Shown: positions 22,196 through 31,765 of the stretch, one piece after another
Layout: the number at the start of each line of letters is the position of its first letter
Position numbering within the stretch: the first letter of the stretch is position 1
DNA from: an uncultured Lachnospiraceae bacterium
GTDB taxonomy: Bacteria > Bacillota > Clostridia > Oscillospirales > CAG-272
Direction of reading: 5' to 3'
Assembly (NCBI GenBank): GCA_964463325.1
Contig: CAYXBY010000003.1
Location: 1-50,472, forward strand
DNA: 50,472 bases
Position numbers and translations under genes: made by a program
The notes under the pieces: model-generated
What the model saw: only the letters and a program-made list of their open reading frames with translations
Database searches by the model: none
Told to the model about the DNA's origin: nothing

Positions 22196-22852
22196 ATGGA
22201 ACTTATGCAAGCAATTCAACAAAGACACAGCGTCCGTCAATATGTGCCGGGCTCGCTCGAGCCCGAGCTGGCGGATGCACTCAGGGAGGAGATCGCCGCC
22301 TGCAATCGCGAGGGCGGGCTGCATATTCAGCTCGTTACCGATGAGCCACGCGCCTTTGACAGCTTCCGGGCGCACTATGGCAAGTTCAGTGGCGTCTCGA
22401 ATTACATTGCGCTCGTTGGGCCCAAGAGCGCTCGCCTCGACGAGCTGTGTGGCTACTACGGCGAGCGCATCGCCCTGCGGGCGCAGCAGCTGGGGCTCAA
22501 CACCTGCTGGGTGGCGATGACCTACAAAAAGGTGCCCGGTGCCTTCCGTGTCGAGCCGGGCGAGAAGCTGACGGTGGTGCTGTCCGTCGGTCAAGGCAAA
22601 ACTCAGGGCGTCGCGCATGCCTCCAAGACGCCTGAGCAGGTCAGCAATGTAAGTGCCGCTACACCCGCATGGTTCCGCGCCGGTGTTGAGGCGGCCTTGC
22701 TTGCCCCGACAGCTGTGAATCAGCAAAAATTCAGCTTTACCTACTCCGATGTCCGCGTTACGGCGTCCGCCGGCCGCGGCTTCTACTCGAAAATCGATCT
22801 CGGTATCGCTAAATACCACTTTGAGGTCGCTTCAGGGGAGAGGATATTGTAA
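22196..22852 (+). CDS. Nitroreductase-family protein
   Basis: AIQQRHSVRQY, LGLNTCWV, ALLAPTAVNQQ, IDLGIAKYHFE. Confidence 0.85.
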   Translation: MELMQAIQQRHSVRQYVPGSLEPELADALREEIAACNREGGLHIQLVTDEPRAFDSFRAHYGKFSGVSNYIALVGPKSARLDELCGYYGERIALRAQQLGLNTCWVAMTYKKVPGAFRVEPGEKLTVVLSVGQGKTQGVAHASKTPEQVSNVSAATPAWFRAGVEAALLAPTAVNQQKFSFTYSDVRVTASAGRGFYSKIDLGIAKYHFEVASGERIL

Positions 22853-22871
22853 TGCAGGTTTATGTAGGCCT

Positions 22872-23020
22872 CCACCCCGCAAAAAACCTTCAAACAGTGT
22901 AAAAACAGAAAACTGGTCAGGCTGGCGAACGCTCTAAACGTTCTCCACTCTAACCGGCTTTCTTTTTCCCCAATTGTTTTAATGCTTTGCGGGGCTAGGG
23001 GGCTTTTTCAAAAGCCCCCT
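22872..23020. repeat. MITE-like repeat, degenerate copy 2
   Basis: CCCCGCAAAA..TTCAAACA..GAACGCTCTAAACGTTCTC..TAACCGG..GGGGGCTTTTTCAAAAGCCCCC aligns with copy 1; between convergent genes. Confidence 0.7.
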
Positions 23021-23024
23021 ATTA

Positions 23025-24680
23025 TTAACACTCTGATTCAATGAGCTGGTTGATAGCCTCGCGCAGGCGCAGCTGCTGCTCTGAGTCGCAGACGCAGCGC
23101 GAGAATACTATCTCGCCGCACATGTGCTCCAGCGTGGCGAGCACGCGGTCGCGCCCTACCAGACGCTCACACAGCAGCGCCGCACTGCGATCCTGAAGCG
23201 CCTCGTGAAATTGCACCAGTCGCATGGATTCAAGCGCGGTGCCGTCCGGCGCGGGGTAGACGGAATAGGCGTCGCCCGAGGGGACGAAATACTGCGCGGT
23301 CGAATCGGCATAGGGGTCGACGGGGTCGTAAGAGCCCTGGTTCATGTAGAAATTGTAGCCCCACTGCAAAAAACCGGCGATGCGATATTTGTATAGCTGC
23401 CAGCCGATAAAGCGCGTCCGCGCGCCCGGCATGGCGAAAAAGCGGTTGGAGACGCCGACGCCCTGCCCGCAGCAGTAATATGCCCATAGCTGAGGCACGT
23501 TGTTGTCGATAAAGGGCTGAATGTGATTGGTGGCGACGACAGGTGTCGTCACGACACCCGCACGCCAGAATTCGATCGAGGACAGCGCGTCCATGACGGT
23601 ATAGCCCTCGAGCAGGTCGGCGACGACGGCTCGCGAGGCGGTGTATTGGGCGAGATTATCGGCGTTGGGCTCGTCGGATATGTGGAAGATGCAGCGTCTG
23701 TCGTCGCCGCGCTCGCGCAGATGTGCCAGCAGCTCAGGCAGCAGACGACGCAAAAAGCGGGGATATTCGCCCTCTGAGGCGTTGGTCTCCCAGCCGAAAA
23801 TGCGGCGGTATTCGCCGTCGTCGTCGGCCATGATCTTGGGCGCGTGCGCCGCTCCCCACTGGGTGAACAGGTGGCTGATCTCGTAATATTTTATGCCGAC
23901 GCGGCGGCACATGTCCAGCCAGCGGTCGAGCAGGGAATAGTCAAAGCTGTATTCGCCGGCGCGGCGCGTGACGCCGATCAGCTGCACCGTGGCGCGCTCG
24001 TGCCCGATGCCGGTGTCGAGCGGCGGGGTGAAAATGGGCGTCAGCAGCGTATTGATGCCGGCGCTGACTGCCGTGCGGGCAAACGCTTCTATGATGCGCC
24101 AGTGCTCCTCCGAGAAGACTGGCACGCCGTAGTACTGCGCCAGACAGTCACAGTGGAACCACTGCGTCATGGGCAGCTCGGACTCGGGCAGCACGGCGTC
24201 TATTACGTGCAGCGTCAGCTCGTCGTGGGACAGCTCGCCGCCGTCGTACAGACTGAGCGACAGCGTGTGATCGCCGGGGACGAGGTCGGTGGGCAGGCGC
24301 AGCGTTATCCACAGCGTCCGCGTTTGGAAGGAGCAGACCGCGGCGCGGCCGTTCATGTCGAGCGGCGAGAGCAGGTCGGGGTAGAGACCCGGCTCTTTTT
24401 TGAGGTAGCCGTCGTCAGAGCGGGCGGGGTCGGGATAGACAGGCATGAGCGAGGGGATGTAGTCGACGTTGCGCAGCTCGACCAGCTCGCCGAGGTCACC
24501 GCCCACGCGCGGCTCGACCCAGCGACGGTGAGGTGCGGCGGGGTCGTCCTCCCGCATGACCAGCTGAAGCGACACCACCTCGCCACGCAGCGCCGAAAGC
24601 CGCGTCAGCGCGGGCAGCGCGTCCGGCTGCGTCTCGGGAAAGCATTTGTCGAGCGACGATATCAATCGTGTTTTGATCAT
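23025..24680 (-). CDS. DUF4091-containing glycoside hydrolase (GH123-like)
   Basis: TQWFHCDCLA, HISDEP (DE pair), WAYYCC, GFLQWGYNFY, PSGDAYSVYP; start MIKTRL with GGAG RBS. Confidence 0.7.
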   Translation of the reverse strand: MIKTRLISSLDKCFPETQPDALPALTRLSALRGEVVSLQLVMREDDPAAPHRRWVEPRVGGDLGELVELRNVDYIPSLMPVYPDPARSDDGYLKKEPGLYPDLLSPLDMNGRAAVCSFQTRTLWITLRLPTDLVPGDHTLSLSLYDGGELSHDELTLHVIDAVLPESELPMTQWFHCDCLAQYYGVPVFSEEHWRIIEAFARTAVSAGINTLLTPIFTPPLDTGIGHERATVQLIGVTRRAGEYSFDYSLLDRWLDMCRRVGIKYYEISHLFTQWGAAHAPKIMADDDGEYRRIFGWETNASEGEYPRFLRRLLPELLAHLRERGDDRRCIFHISDEPNADNLAQYTASRAVVADLLEGYTVMDALSSIEFWRAGVVTTPVVATNHIQPFIDNNVPQLWAYYCCGQGVGVSNRFFAMPGARTRFIGWQLYKYRIAGFLQWGYNFYMNQGSYDPVDPYADSTAQYFVPSGDAYSVYPAPDGTALESMRLVQFHEALQDRSAALLCERLVGRDRVLATLEHMCGEIVFSRCVCDSEQQLRLREAINQLIESEC

Positions 24681-24728
24681 TGCGTGTATTCTCCTTTCGG
24701 GTAATCGGCAGTTTTGTCGGGGCGTGAC

Positions 24729-24846
24729 CGCCCCCGCTTGAAGTATTTTTGGGGCTCCAAGCCCCCCTGCTTGAAGTTTTTCGGGGTTCCAAGGCCCCTT
24801 TTGGGGGAAAGGGGCCTTGGCGGGGTTCGGGGCAGAGCCCCGAATA
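24729..24846. repeat. Palindromic intergenic element related to the MITE-like family
   Basis: Tandem CCCC(C)GCTTGAAGT..GGGG.TCCAAG units, CCAAGGCCCCTTT..AAAGGGGCCTTGG hairpin and terminal GGGGCAGAGCCCC. Confidence 0.5.
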
Positions 24847-24853
24847 ATCCCTA

Positions 24854-25645
24854 TCACTCCCCGTCGACCATGTCGCGCAGGCGGGTGGCGGCGGCGAGGG
24901 CTCGGGTGAGGTATTCGGGATAGGTCATGTTGTCGTAGTTGTGGCTGTTGCGAGGCAGTATCTCGAGCATGAGCGAGCCCTCGTAGCCGCTTTGCTTGAT
25001 CTGGCGGGCGACGCGCTGCATGTCGATGCTGCCGTCAAAGGGAATGAGGTGCTCATCCTGATTATAGCCGCCGTGGTTGTCGTGCAGGTGGGTGCAGACT
25101 AAGCGGTCGCCGAATATGGGCATGTACTGGCGCCCCGGGGTGAAGCAGCTCTCGTGGCCGCAGTCCCAGCAGAAGCCGACGTGCTCGCGCCCGGCGAATT
25201 CCTCGGCCGTCCAAGCGAGATTGGCCAGCTTGCGCTGATTCTCAAAGGCTATGGTCACGCCCTTGCTCTCAGCGTAGTCGACCAGCGCGCAGAAGCGTTC
25301 GCGGCCGATGTCGGTGATAGGCGGGGCGTTGTTGCCCGAGGACAGATGCACGACCAGTATGCGCGCACCGGCCAGCACACAGCAGTCGACGCTGTTAAGC
25401 AGCTCGCGCAGCATGACGTCGCCGCTCTCGCCGACGCGCCACATGTCGTTGATGTGACCGAAGGGTGCGTGAAGCGTCTCCCACTCGAGACCACATTCGG
25501 CGGCGGCTTGCGCCATGGCGGGTATGCTCGTCACTGCGGGGACGCCGGTGAAGAAGCAGTCGAAGCCCAGAGCCTTGATGGTCTTCAAAAACTCGGGGAA
25601 TTCAAGTCCCCATTTTGAAACAAAGTTTACGCCGATCTTTCTCAT
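24854..25645 (-). CDS. Sugar phosphate isomerase/epimerase (AP_endonuc_2 TIM barrel)
   Basis: TLHAPF, IAFEN, CWDCGHE, THLHDN..DEHLIPFDG, LMLE. Confidence 0.8.
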   Translation of the reverse strand: MRKIGVNFVSKWGLEFPEFLKTIKALGFDCFFTGVPAVTSIPAMAQAAAECGLEWETLHAPFGHINDMWRVGESGDVMLRELLNSVDCCVLAGARILVVHLSSGNNAPPITDIGRERFCALVDYAESKGVTIAFENQRKLANLAWTAEEFAGREHVGFCWDCGHESCFTPGRQYMPIFGDRLVCTHLHDNHGGYNQDEHLIPFDGSIDMQRVARQIKQSGYEGSLMLEILPRNSHNYDNMTYPEYLTRALAAATRLRDMVDGE

Positions 25646-25779
25646 GTTATCCTCCTTGTGCGTGGCGTTTTTTTATATTATAGCATGAAAAAACGCATAT
25701 TGCAAGCAGTGCACCGATTTTTTGAGGTGCGTCGGAGCAAGAAAAAAGAGTGTAAAAGGCTTTACACTCTTTGAATTAT

Positions 25780-26391
25780 TTATTCGACCGACACCGCGAA
25801 AAGATAATAATACGCGGTGACGAAGACCTCGCCGTCGGTCGGTACATAGTCGGGAGCGGTCCACGGCTCCTCGTTTGACTCGGCCGTGAGCAGCAGCCAG
25901 TACATGCCGGGCCTGGTCGGCGCGATGTGGCACTCTAAGATCGGGCCGCCGCTGGCGAAGGGAACGTAGCTACTGTAGACAGCCATGTCGGTGTTGTTGA
26001 TTATCTTAATGCCGTCACCATACATAATGACAGGGCAGCCGTCCGGAATGTCGGTTATTGTGGGGATGTTCGGCAGGGGAACATCCCCAAGATCCATGTA
26101 GAACGGCTCCATGTCCTCAACTACGCAGTACCGCCTGCCGGATTTAGCATATTTTGCTCCATCGACGATAACGCCGCCGGCTGATATGCCGATAGTGTCA
26201 ACGTCCTCCTCGGTCGCGAGGCCGGCAGTCAGAGGATATCGCTCGTTGTCATGCTTGTAAGCTGGGGACGCAGTGGCGGAGTCACTTGTGCTATCAGGCT
26301 CGGATGGCACATTGGGAGGCGTTTGGCAGGCCGATAGCAGCATCGCCACGGAAATGACGATGATCAACAGAAGATACAGTTTGTTTTTCGT
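25780..26391 (-). CDS. Hypothetical lipoprotein; apparent start codon is ACG
   Basis: GGAGG-8 nt-ACG AAA AAC AAA gives (M)KNKLYLLLIIVISVAMLLSAC lipobox; in-frame TGA just upstream. Confidence 0.55.
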   Translation of the reverse strand, partial: TKNKLYLLLIIVISVAMLLSACQTPPNVPSEPDSTSDSATASPAYKHDNERYPLTAGLATEEDVDTIGISAGGVIVDGAKYAKSGRRYCVVEDMEPFYMDLGDVPLPNIPTITDIPDGCPVIMYGDGIKIINNTDMAVYSSYVPFASGGPILECHIAPTRPGMYWLLLTAESNEEPWTAPDYVPTDGEVFVTAYYYLFAVSVE

Positions 26392-26708
26392 GGATCATTC
26401 CTCCGTTTTTTATATATTTTTGTGTGGCCGCAAGGTTAATTACCGCTCGTCCCTTACTTCCACATGTAGATCTCCACCACATTTAATACTAATTCTGTTC
26501 GTATTATATCACAATGTGGCATCGATGTCAACAAAAAATGTTAAAACTGCTAAACATAAGGCGTCGTGCGGGGGCTCGGCGTCGCATTATCTCAATTTTT
26601 GAAAAAACCACGCTGAAGGCACGAAAAATCGGCATTTTGCTATTTACAAAGCGCGCAAAGTGTGATATAATAAATAGTTGTTGAAAATTCACACGGAGAC
26701 ATATAGCT

Positions 26709-28550
26709 ATGATAAGAGAAGATCTGAGAAACATCGCCATAATCGCACACGTTGACCACGGCAAGACCACGCTGGTCGACCAGATGCTCAAGCAGGGCGG
26801 CATCTACCGCGAAAACCAGGCCACGACCACCCGCGTCATGGACTCGGGCGCCATCGAGCGCGAGCGCGGCATCACCATCCTCGCCAAAAACACCGCCGTC
26901 CACTACAAGGACGTCAAGATCAACATCGTCGACACCCCCGGCCACGCCGATTTCGGCGGCGAGGTCGAGCGCGTGCTCAAAATGGTCAACGGCGTGCTGC
27001 TGCTGGTCGACGCCGCCGAGGGCCCCATGCCGCAGACCCGCTTCGTGCTGCAAAGAGCGCTGGAGCTCAATCACCGCATAATCGTTGTCGTCAACAAGGT
27101 GGACAAGCCGGATGCACGCGTGCACGAGGTCATCGATGAGGTGCTTGAGCTGCTTATCGACCTCAATGCTAACGACGAGCAGTTGGACAGCCCCTTTGTC
27201 TTCTGCTCCGGGCGCGACGGCACGTCGTCTCTCGACCCCGACGCCCCGCTCACCGACCTGACGCCTCTCTTCGAGACCATCCTGAACTACATTCCCGCGC
27301 CGCAGGGCGATGAGAACGGCGGCCTGCAGCTGCTGGTCTCCTCCATCGACTATAACGATTACGTCGGCCGTATCGGCATCGGCTGCATCGAGCGTGGCAG
27401 CCTGCGCCAGGGTCAGGAGGCCATGATATGCAACTTCCACTCAAGCGAGGCACCCAAGCGCACTAAAATAGTCTCCATTTATCAGATCGACGGCCTCACC
27501 CGCGTGCCGGTGGAGTCAGCCAAGGTGGGCGACATCGTCTGCTTCTCGGGTGCTGAGAACATCACCATAGGCGATACCATCACCAGCGTCGGTCAGGCGG
27601 AGCCCATTGAGTTCGTCAAGATCAGCGAGCCCACCATGGAGATGACCTTCTGCGTCAACGACAGCCCGTTCGCCGGCAAGGAGGGCAAGTTCGTCACCTC
27701 GCGCCAGCTGCGCGATCGCCTCTACCGCGAGCTGCTCAAGGACGTTTCGCTGCGCGTGACTGACGGCGAGACGACGGATGAGTTCAAGGTCGCCGGCCGC
27801 GGCGAGATGCACCTCTCCATACTCATCGAGACCATGCGTCGCGAGGGCTATGAGTTCGCCTGCACCAACCCGCGCGTGCTGTTCCATGAGATCGACGGCG
27901 TCAAGCATGAGCCGGTCGAGAAGGTCACCATCGACGTGCCGAATGACTACGTCGGCGCCGTCGTCGCCAAGCTCAATCAGCGCAAGGGCGAGCTCATCGA
28001 GATGATGCCGCTCAATACGCGCATGAGACTGATATATTCTATCCCGTCCCGCTGCCTGTTCGGCTACCGCTCCGAATTTATGACCGACACGCACGGCGAG
28101 GGCATAATCAACACACTGTTTGACGGCTACCAGCCCTTCCGCGGCGAGATCGTGCGCCGCTTTACCGGGTCGCTTATCGCGTCCGAGGAGGGCGAGACCA
28201 CCCGCTACGGCCTCTACAACACGCAGGATCGCGGCCGCCTGTTCATCGGGCCGCAGACCAAGGTGTATGAGGGCATGGTCGTCGGCGAGAATCCCAAGCT
28301 GGACGACATTGCGGTCAACCCCTGCAAGGAAAAGCATCTGACGGCCATCCGCTCCGCGGGTGCCGACGAAAAGCTGCTGCTGACACCGCCGCTGGTCTTC
28401 TCGATCGAGGAGGCTATCGAATTCCTCGGCGACGACGAGCTGCTTGAGGTGACGCCACAGAGCCTGCGCATACGCAAAAAGATACTCAACACCGAGCTGC
28501 GTATGAAGGAAATGATGCGCATCCGCCGCGCACTTCAGGAAAATAGATAA
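26709..28550 (+). CDS. typA: Translational GTPase TypA/BipA
   Basis: [50 protein letters not shown]. Confidence 0.97.
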   Translation: MIREDLRNIAIIAHVDHGKTTLVDQMLKQGGIYRENQATTTRVMDSGAIERERGITILAKNTAVHYKDVKINIVDTPGHADFGGEVERVLKMVNGVLLLVDAAEGPMPQTRFVLQRALELNHRIIVVVNKVDKPDARVHEVIDEVLELLIDLNANDEQLDSPFVFCSGRDGTSSLDPDAPLTDLTPLFETILNYIPAPQGDENGGLQLLVSSIDYNDYVGRIGIGCIERGSLRQGQEAMICNFHSSEAPKRTKIVSIYQIDGLTRVPVESAKVGDIVCFSGAENITIGDTITSVGQAEPIEFVKISEPTMEMTFCVNDSPFAGKEGKFVTSRQLRDRLYRELLKDVSLRVTDGETTDEFKVAGRGEMHLSILIETMRREGYEFACTNPRVLFHEIDGVKHEPVEKVTIDVPNDYVGAVVAKLNQRKGELIEMMPLNTRMRLIYSIPSRCLFGYRSEFMTDTHGEGIINTLFDGYQPFRGEIVRRFTGSLIASEEGETTRYGLYNTQDRGRLFIGPQTKVYEGMVVGENPKLDDIAVNPCKEKHLTAIRSAGADEKLLLTPPLVFSIEEAIEFLGDDELLEVTPQSLRIRKKILNTELRMKEMMRIRRALQENR

Positions 28551-28607
28551 ATCGAAAAAGCACCTGCCGGGGAGCGGTTCAACAAAACATTATAATAACG
28601 TTTTCGG

Positions 28608-28638
28608 GAAGGCGGCATGAGTAATCATGCCGCCTTTT
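28608..28638 (+). terminator. Terminator after typA
   Basis: AAGGCGGCATGA..TCATGCCGCCTTTT. Confidence 0.7.
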
Positions 28639-28739
28639 CGCTCATGATTCTAAAAACCTCATAGTCAAAAAAACGGAGAAATCTCTCGAAATCTCCGTTT
28701 TTCTTGCACCTTGGTGTGCCAAAGTGCTGTTTTCGTGCC

Positions 28740-28789
28740 TGCATCTAAATCAGACACTCATCATGTGACGTGTGTCCGATTTAGATGCA
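28740..28789. repeat. 50-bp inverted repeat with 2-bp centre (att-like site or abutted element ends)
   Basis: TGCATCTAAATCAGACACTCATCA-TG-TGACGTGTGTCCGATTTAGATGCA, 21/24 arm match. Confidence 0.75.
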
Positions 28790-28907
28790 AAACCGTGTGT
28801 GGCTGATTTAGATGCACGCCGATTTTGCAGAGGGTACACTAACCCCTTGGTGATGATGGGGGCTAAAAGATTCCGCGGTCTACCGGACTTTTAACGCCAT
28901 GCTTGTA
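28764..28907. repeat. ~143-bp direct repeat, copy 1
   Basis: Shares two GATTTAGATGCA boxes, TTTTGCAGAGGGTACACTAACCC and AACGCCATGCTTGTA with 30463-30605. Confidence 0.85.
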
Positions 28908-28914
28908 ACGAAGC

Positions 28915-29634
28915 CTATGTATCCAACTTTCCTATATAACAATTTACTACAAAAGGTAATTCGGCAATTCCACTTTCAAAATGATTATTGAAAACGCTCT
29001 TGCACTTGTTTATATACTCATCAAATCTCGCATCGTTTGGTAACGGAGCAGTTGCCGAAGAAAGCAAATTTTTAACATATCTTTCTTCATCGAAAGATTG
29101 AGAATATTCAAAGCAGATATGTTCTAAAAATCCGTCCCCAAAGAACGCTTTTGCCTCATTCAAATCTTGCTCTGAATAATGCTTTATTTTATCAATTTGT
29201 TTATCTGCCTCGGTATTGTTTGCTATTCTCAAAACAGCTACATACTTGTTATTTTTTAATATACGTCTGCATTCTGCATAAAATTTTTCTTTGTCAAACC
29301 AATGGAAAGCCGTGCCGATGACTACCGCGTCGCAAGAAAGAGTCGGAATATCGGTCTTTTCAGCAGAAGCTTTCAAAAGAAACACGTTTTGATATTGAGA
29401 TAAATTTTTGCTCAACTCAGTAAACATATCCTCATTTGGCTCTACGGCATATGCCGAACACCCAAAATCAAGAAAAGGTGTAGTTAATATTCCTGTTCCT
29501 GCACCTATGTCAGCGATAACACTGTTAGCAACTAAGTCGAATTTGTTAACCAAATAATCAATGCATTCTTTAGGGTATGTTGGTCTACCGCAGTAGAACT
29601 TCGCTTTACCGGTAAAGTTATCCTCATTAGCCAT
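28915..29634 (-). CDS. Class I SAM-dependent methyltransferase
   Basis: RPTYP, IADIGAGTG, AVEPN, AFHWFD; AT-rich. Confidence 0.88.
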   Translation of the reverse strand: MANEDNFTGKAKFYCGRPTYPKECIDYLVNKFDLVANSVIADIGAGTGILTTPFLDFGCSAYAVEPNEDMFTELSKNLSQYQNVFLLKASAEKTDIPTLSCDAVVIGTAFHWFDKEKFYAECRRILKNNKYVAVLRIANNTEADKQIDKIKHYSEQDLNEAKAFFGDGFLEHICFEYSQSFDEERYVKNLLSSATAPLPNDARFDEYINKCKSVFNNHFESGIAELPFVVNCYIGKLDT

Positions 29635-29703
29635 AGTATTACACCGCCCTTCTTATTCTATTATACCACAACTTTGTAAACATTTCAACCGTTTCGCGTA
29701 AAC

Positions 29704-29962
29704 AGGCTCCCTCCGGGTGGGCGCGACGCGTTAAGAAAATATGCCGGTGGCATATTTTTAGCCAAAGCGGGAAGCAAGCTATGCTTGCGACCTGGGCCGA
29801 AGGCTGGCGCCGTAATGTTTGCAAAGCAAACTTACCACGGAGCGAAGCGGAGTATGTAGGCTGGCTGAGGGAGAGTGCGTCACCGTAAAGTCTAATTAAA
29901 TTCCAATGTCGCGCAGGCTCCTTCCACCACTTCGTGGTCCCCCTTCCTCCCGGAGGAAGGCT
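29704..29962. repeat. Cluster of REP-like hairpins
   Basis: GGCTCCCTCCG..GAGGGAG, AAAATATGCCGGTGGCATATTTT, GCAAGCTATGCTTGC, CCTTCCTCCCGGAGGAAGG; non-coding. Confidence 0.6.
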
Positions 29963-29969
29963 TTCGGTA

Positions 29970-30462
29970 GTTCGAATCCGGCTACAGACCGAATATGCCC
30001 GAAATGCATCTGCAAAATTTCGAAAAACTTCAGAGTCGAAAAAATGAAGCATTCGCTTCGCGAATATGAAGCACAAGCCTGCGGCTTGTATGAAGCGGCG
30101 GCGTTGCCGCCGTGAAGCGAAGCGCACGGTAATTTTACCGTGTGCCGAAGGCACGCTTCATAGGGCGAAGCCCTGCTTCATTTTTCGTGCACTGCAGGTG
30201 CGCTTCATTGAAAAAAGCACTTGCCTCGGTTCGAATCCGGCTACAGACCCAAAAAGAATGAAATCGTGCGTTGCACGATGAAATCCGAGCGGGGCTCGGA
30301 TGAAATCTTCGGCGTGCCTCCTCGGATGAAATTAAATCCGCCTCCATCTCCTGCCGAAAGGCAGATTTCATCGCGAAGCGATTTCATCCACCGCAGGTGG
30401 ATTTATTCCGCAGAAGGCAGATTTAGTTGAAAAAAGCACTTGCCGAGGCAAGTGCTTTTTTC
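29970..30462 (+). repeat. Two tandem branched-palindrome units, each starting with GTTCGAATCCGGCTACAGACC
   Basis: 21-mer at 29970 and 30229; ATGAAGC/GCTTCAT array in unit A, ATGAAATC/GATTTCAT array in unit B; both end TTGAAAAAAGCACTTGCC. Confidence 0.75.
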
Positions 30463-30605
30463 TGTGTCGTGTGTCCGATTTAGATGCAAAATCGTGTGTG
30501 GCTGATTTAGATGCAGGTCGGTTTTGCAGAGGGTACACTAACCCACAGGCGTGTATGGGAGTTGCACGTGACCGCTATCTTCCGGGGCGCAACGCCATGC
30601 TTGTA
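30463..30605. repeat. ~143-bp direct repeat, copy 2
   Basis: Same blocks and spacing as 28764-28907. Confidence 0.85.
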
Positions 30606-30706
30606 GATCACCTATTAAATCTATCACATAAAGGATAAAATACATAATTGGAAACGCCATTGACTTAAGCAAGGCATAAAGCAAATTGAAAGTTACATAA
30701 CACAAA

Positions 30707-31570
30707 TCAATCACCTTTGCCCCTTTTCTTCCTGTATTCCGTAGGCGTCATGCCGGTATACTTTCTGAACAATCTACTGAAATACAGCGCATTTTCGTAG
30801 CCCACTTCGTTTGAAATCTCAGCAATATTTTTGGTTGAATTCTCAAGATACCCTTTTGCCATAGCGATTCTCAATGAAATAATGTATTGCATCGGTGACA
30901 TTTTCATAACACTTTTGAAGCTATGAATAAACCAGTTCACGCTCATCAAATGTTCCTCTGCGTATTGCTCAATGGAAATCTGCTTGTTATAGTTATCCTT
31001 AAAATAATGCGCGGCTCTTTCAATATCATTGATGGTGTCGTTTTTGGTCTCTCTGCCTTCCTTGATATAGCGGTTTATTGTTATGAAGATATGGTGCATA
31101 TAAAGGCTGATCATATCCTCGTGATTCACACGTTGCAATTGCAGTTCCCGTATCATTTGATTGTATATCCAAGGATAATCGGGAGAGACACCTGTATAAA
31201 ATACGTTTTCGTCATGGGGTAGCTCATAGCGTTCGAGATATTCTTCCACCTTCCATCCGGTAAAATGCACCCAATACACTTCTGTTTTGTCGACTGCATA
31301 GTAGTAATAGACCTGTGGCTCTCCCGGGCGGAACAAAATCATATTGCCTTTGGTAACAATAGTTGGTTCTTTGCTCCCCTTAAAATAGAACTCGCCCTTT
31401 CCTGCCGCTATATATAATAACTGATAATCGTTTCTGCCCTCGGGATGTGGAGTCTCAATGACGGGGGTAGTATGCACTCGATAGTACCCACAGTTGTTGA
31501 TTCGGAGTGGTACTGATAGATCTTCTAAATTTGGATTTTGTTCGTCTACATACGCTACATTTATATACAA
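30707..31570 (-). CDS. AraC-family regulator (likely activator of the lactose operon)
   Basis: Cupin N-domain (YWVHFTG) and double HTH (VGYENALYFSRLFRKYTGMTPTEYR); TTG start after GGAGGG. Confidence 0.9.
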   Translation of the reverse strand: MYINVAYVDEQNPNLEDLSVPLRINNCGYYRVHTTPVIETPHPEGRNDYQLLYIAAGKGEFYFKGSKEPTIVTKGNMILFRPGEPQVYYYYAVDKTEVYWVHFTGWKVEEYLERYELPHDENVFYTGVSPDYPWIYNQMIRELQLQRVNHEDMISLYMHHIFITINRYIKEGRETKNDTINDIERAAHYFKDNYNKQISIEQYAEEHLMSVNWFIHSFKSVMKMSPMQYIISLRIAMAKGYLENSTKNIAEISNEVGYENALYFSRLFRKYTGMTPTEYRKKRGKGD

Positions 31571-31765
31571 AGTGAGCCCTCCTTTTTGATGCATTGTGGT
31601 TGTGTGCATATTATACCACAAAACCGGCTCTTTGTCAACTCTAACAAAGTGATTTTGTGTATATTTCGGTTGATTATATTTATTGAAAAAAGTCGCCAAA
31701 TCGTGTATAATATATTCACAAGCTTGATACGAATCCAAAAAAAATTAACTATGAGGAGATTTATC

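Noticed and set aside
28551-28740. Duplicated tRNA-Gln 3' end (att) at the left island boundary
   Set aside because: No direct repeat of TGGCTGGGGTGGCC found by eye
29970-30249. tRNA genes at GTTCGAATCC
   Set aside because: No D-arm, anticodon arm or acceptor pairing upstream; only T-arm-like fragments
30040-30430. CRISPR array from recurring ATGAAGC/ATGAAATC words
   Set aside because: Words are only 7-8 nt, the spacers are self-complementary hairpins, orientation flips midway, and there are no cas genes
29639-30430. Short ORFs in the palindrome region and within the MITE-like copies
   Set aside because: Translations of repeats, no RBS or protein-like pattern
28843-30605. Integron attC sites or a self-cleaving ribozyme in the 143-bp repeats
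   Set aside because: Order is GTT...AAC rather than RYYYAAC...GTTRRRY, no IntI is present, and I found no hammerhead/twister/pistol core
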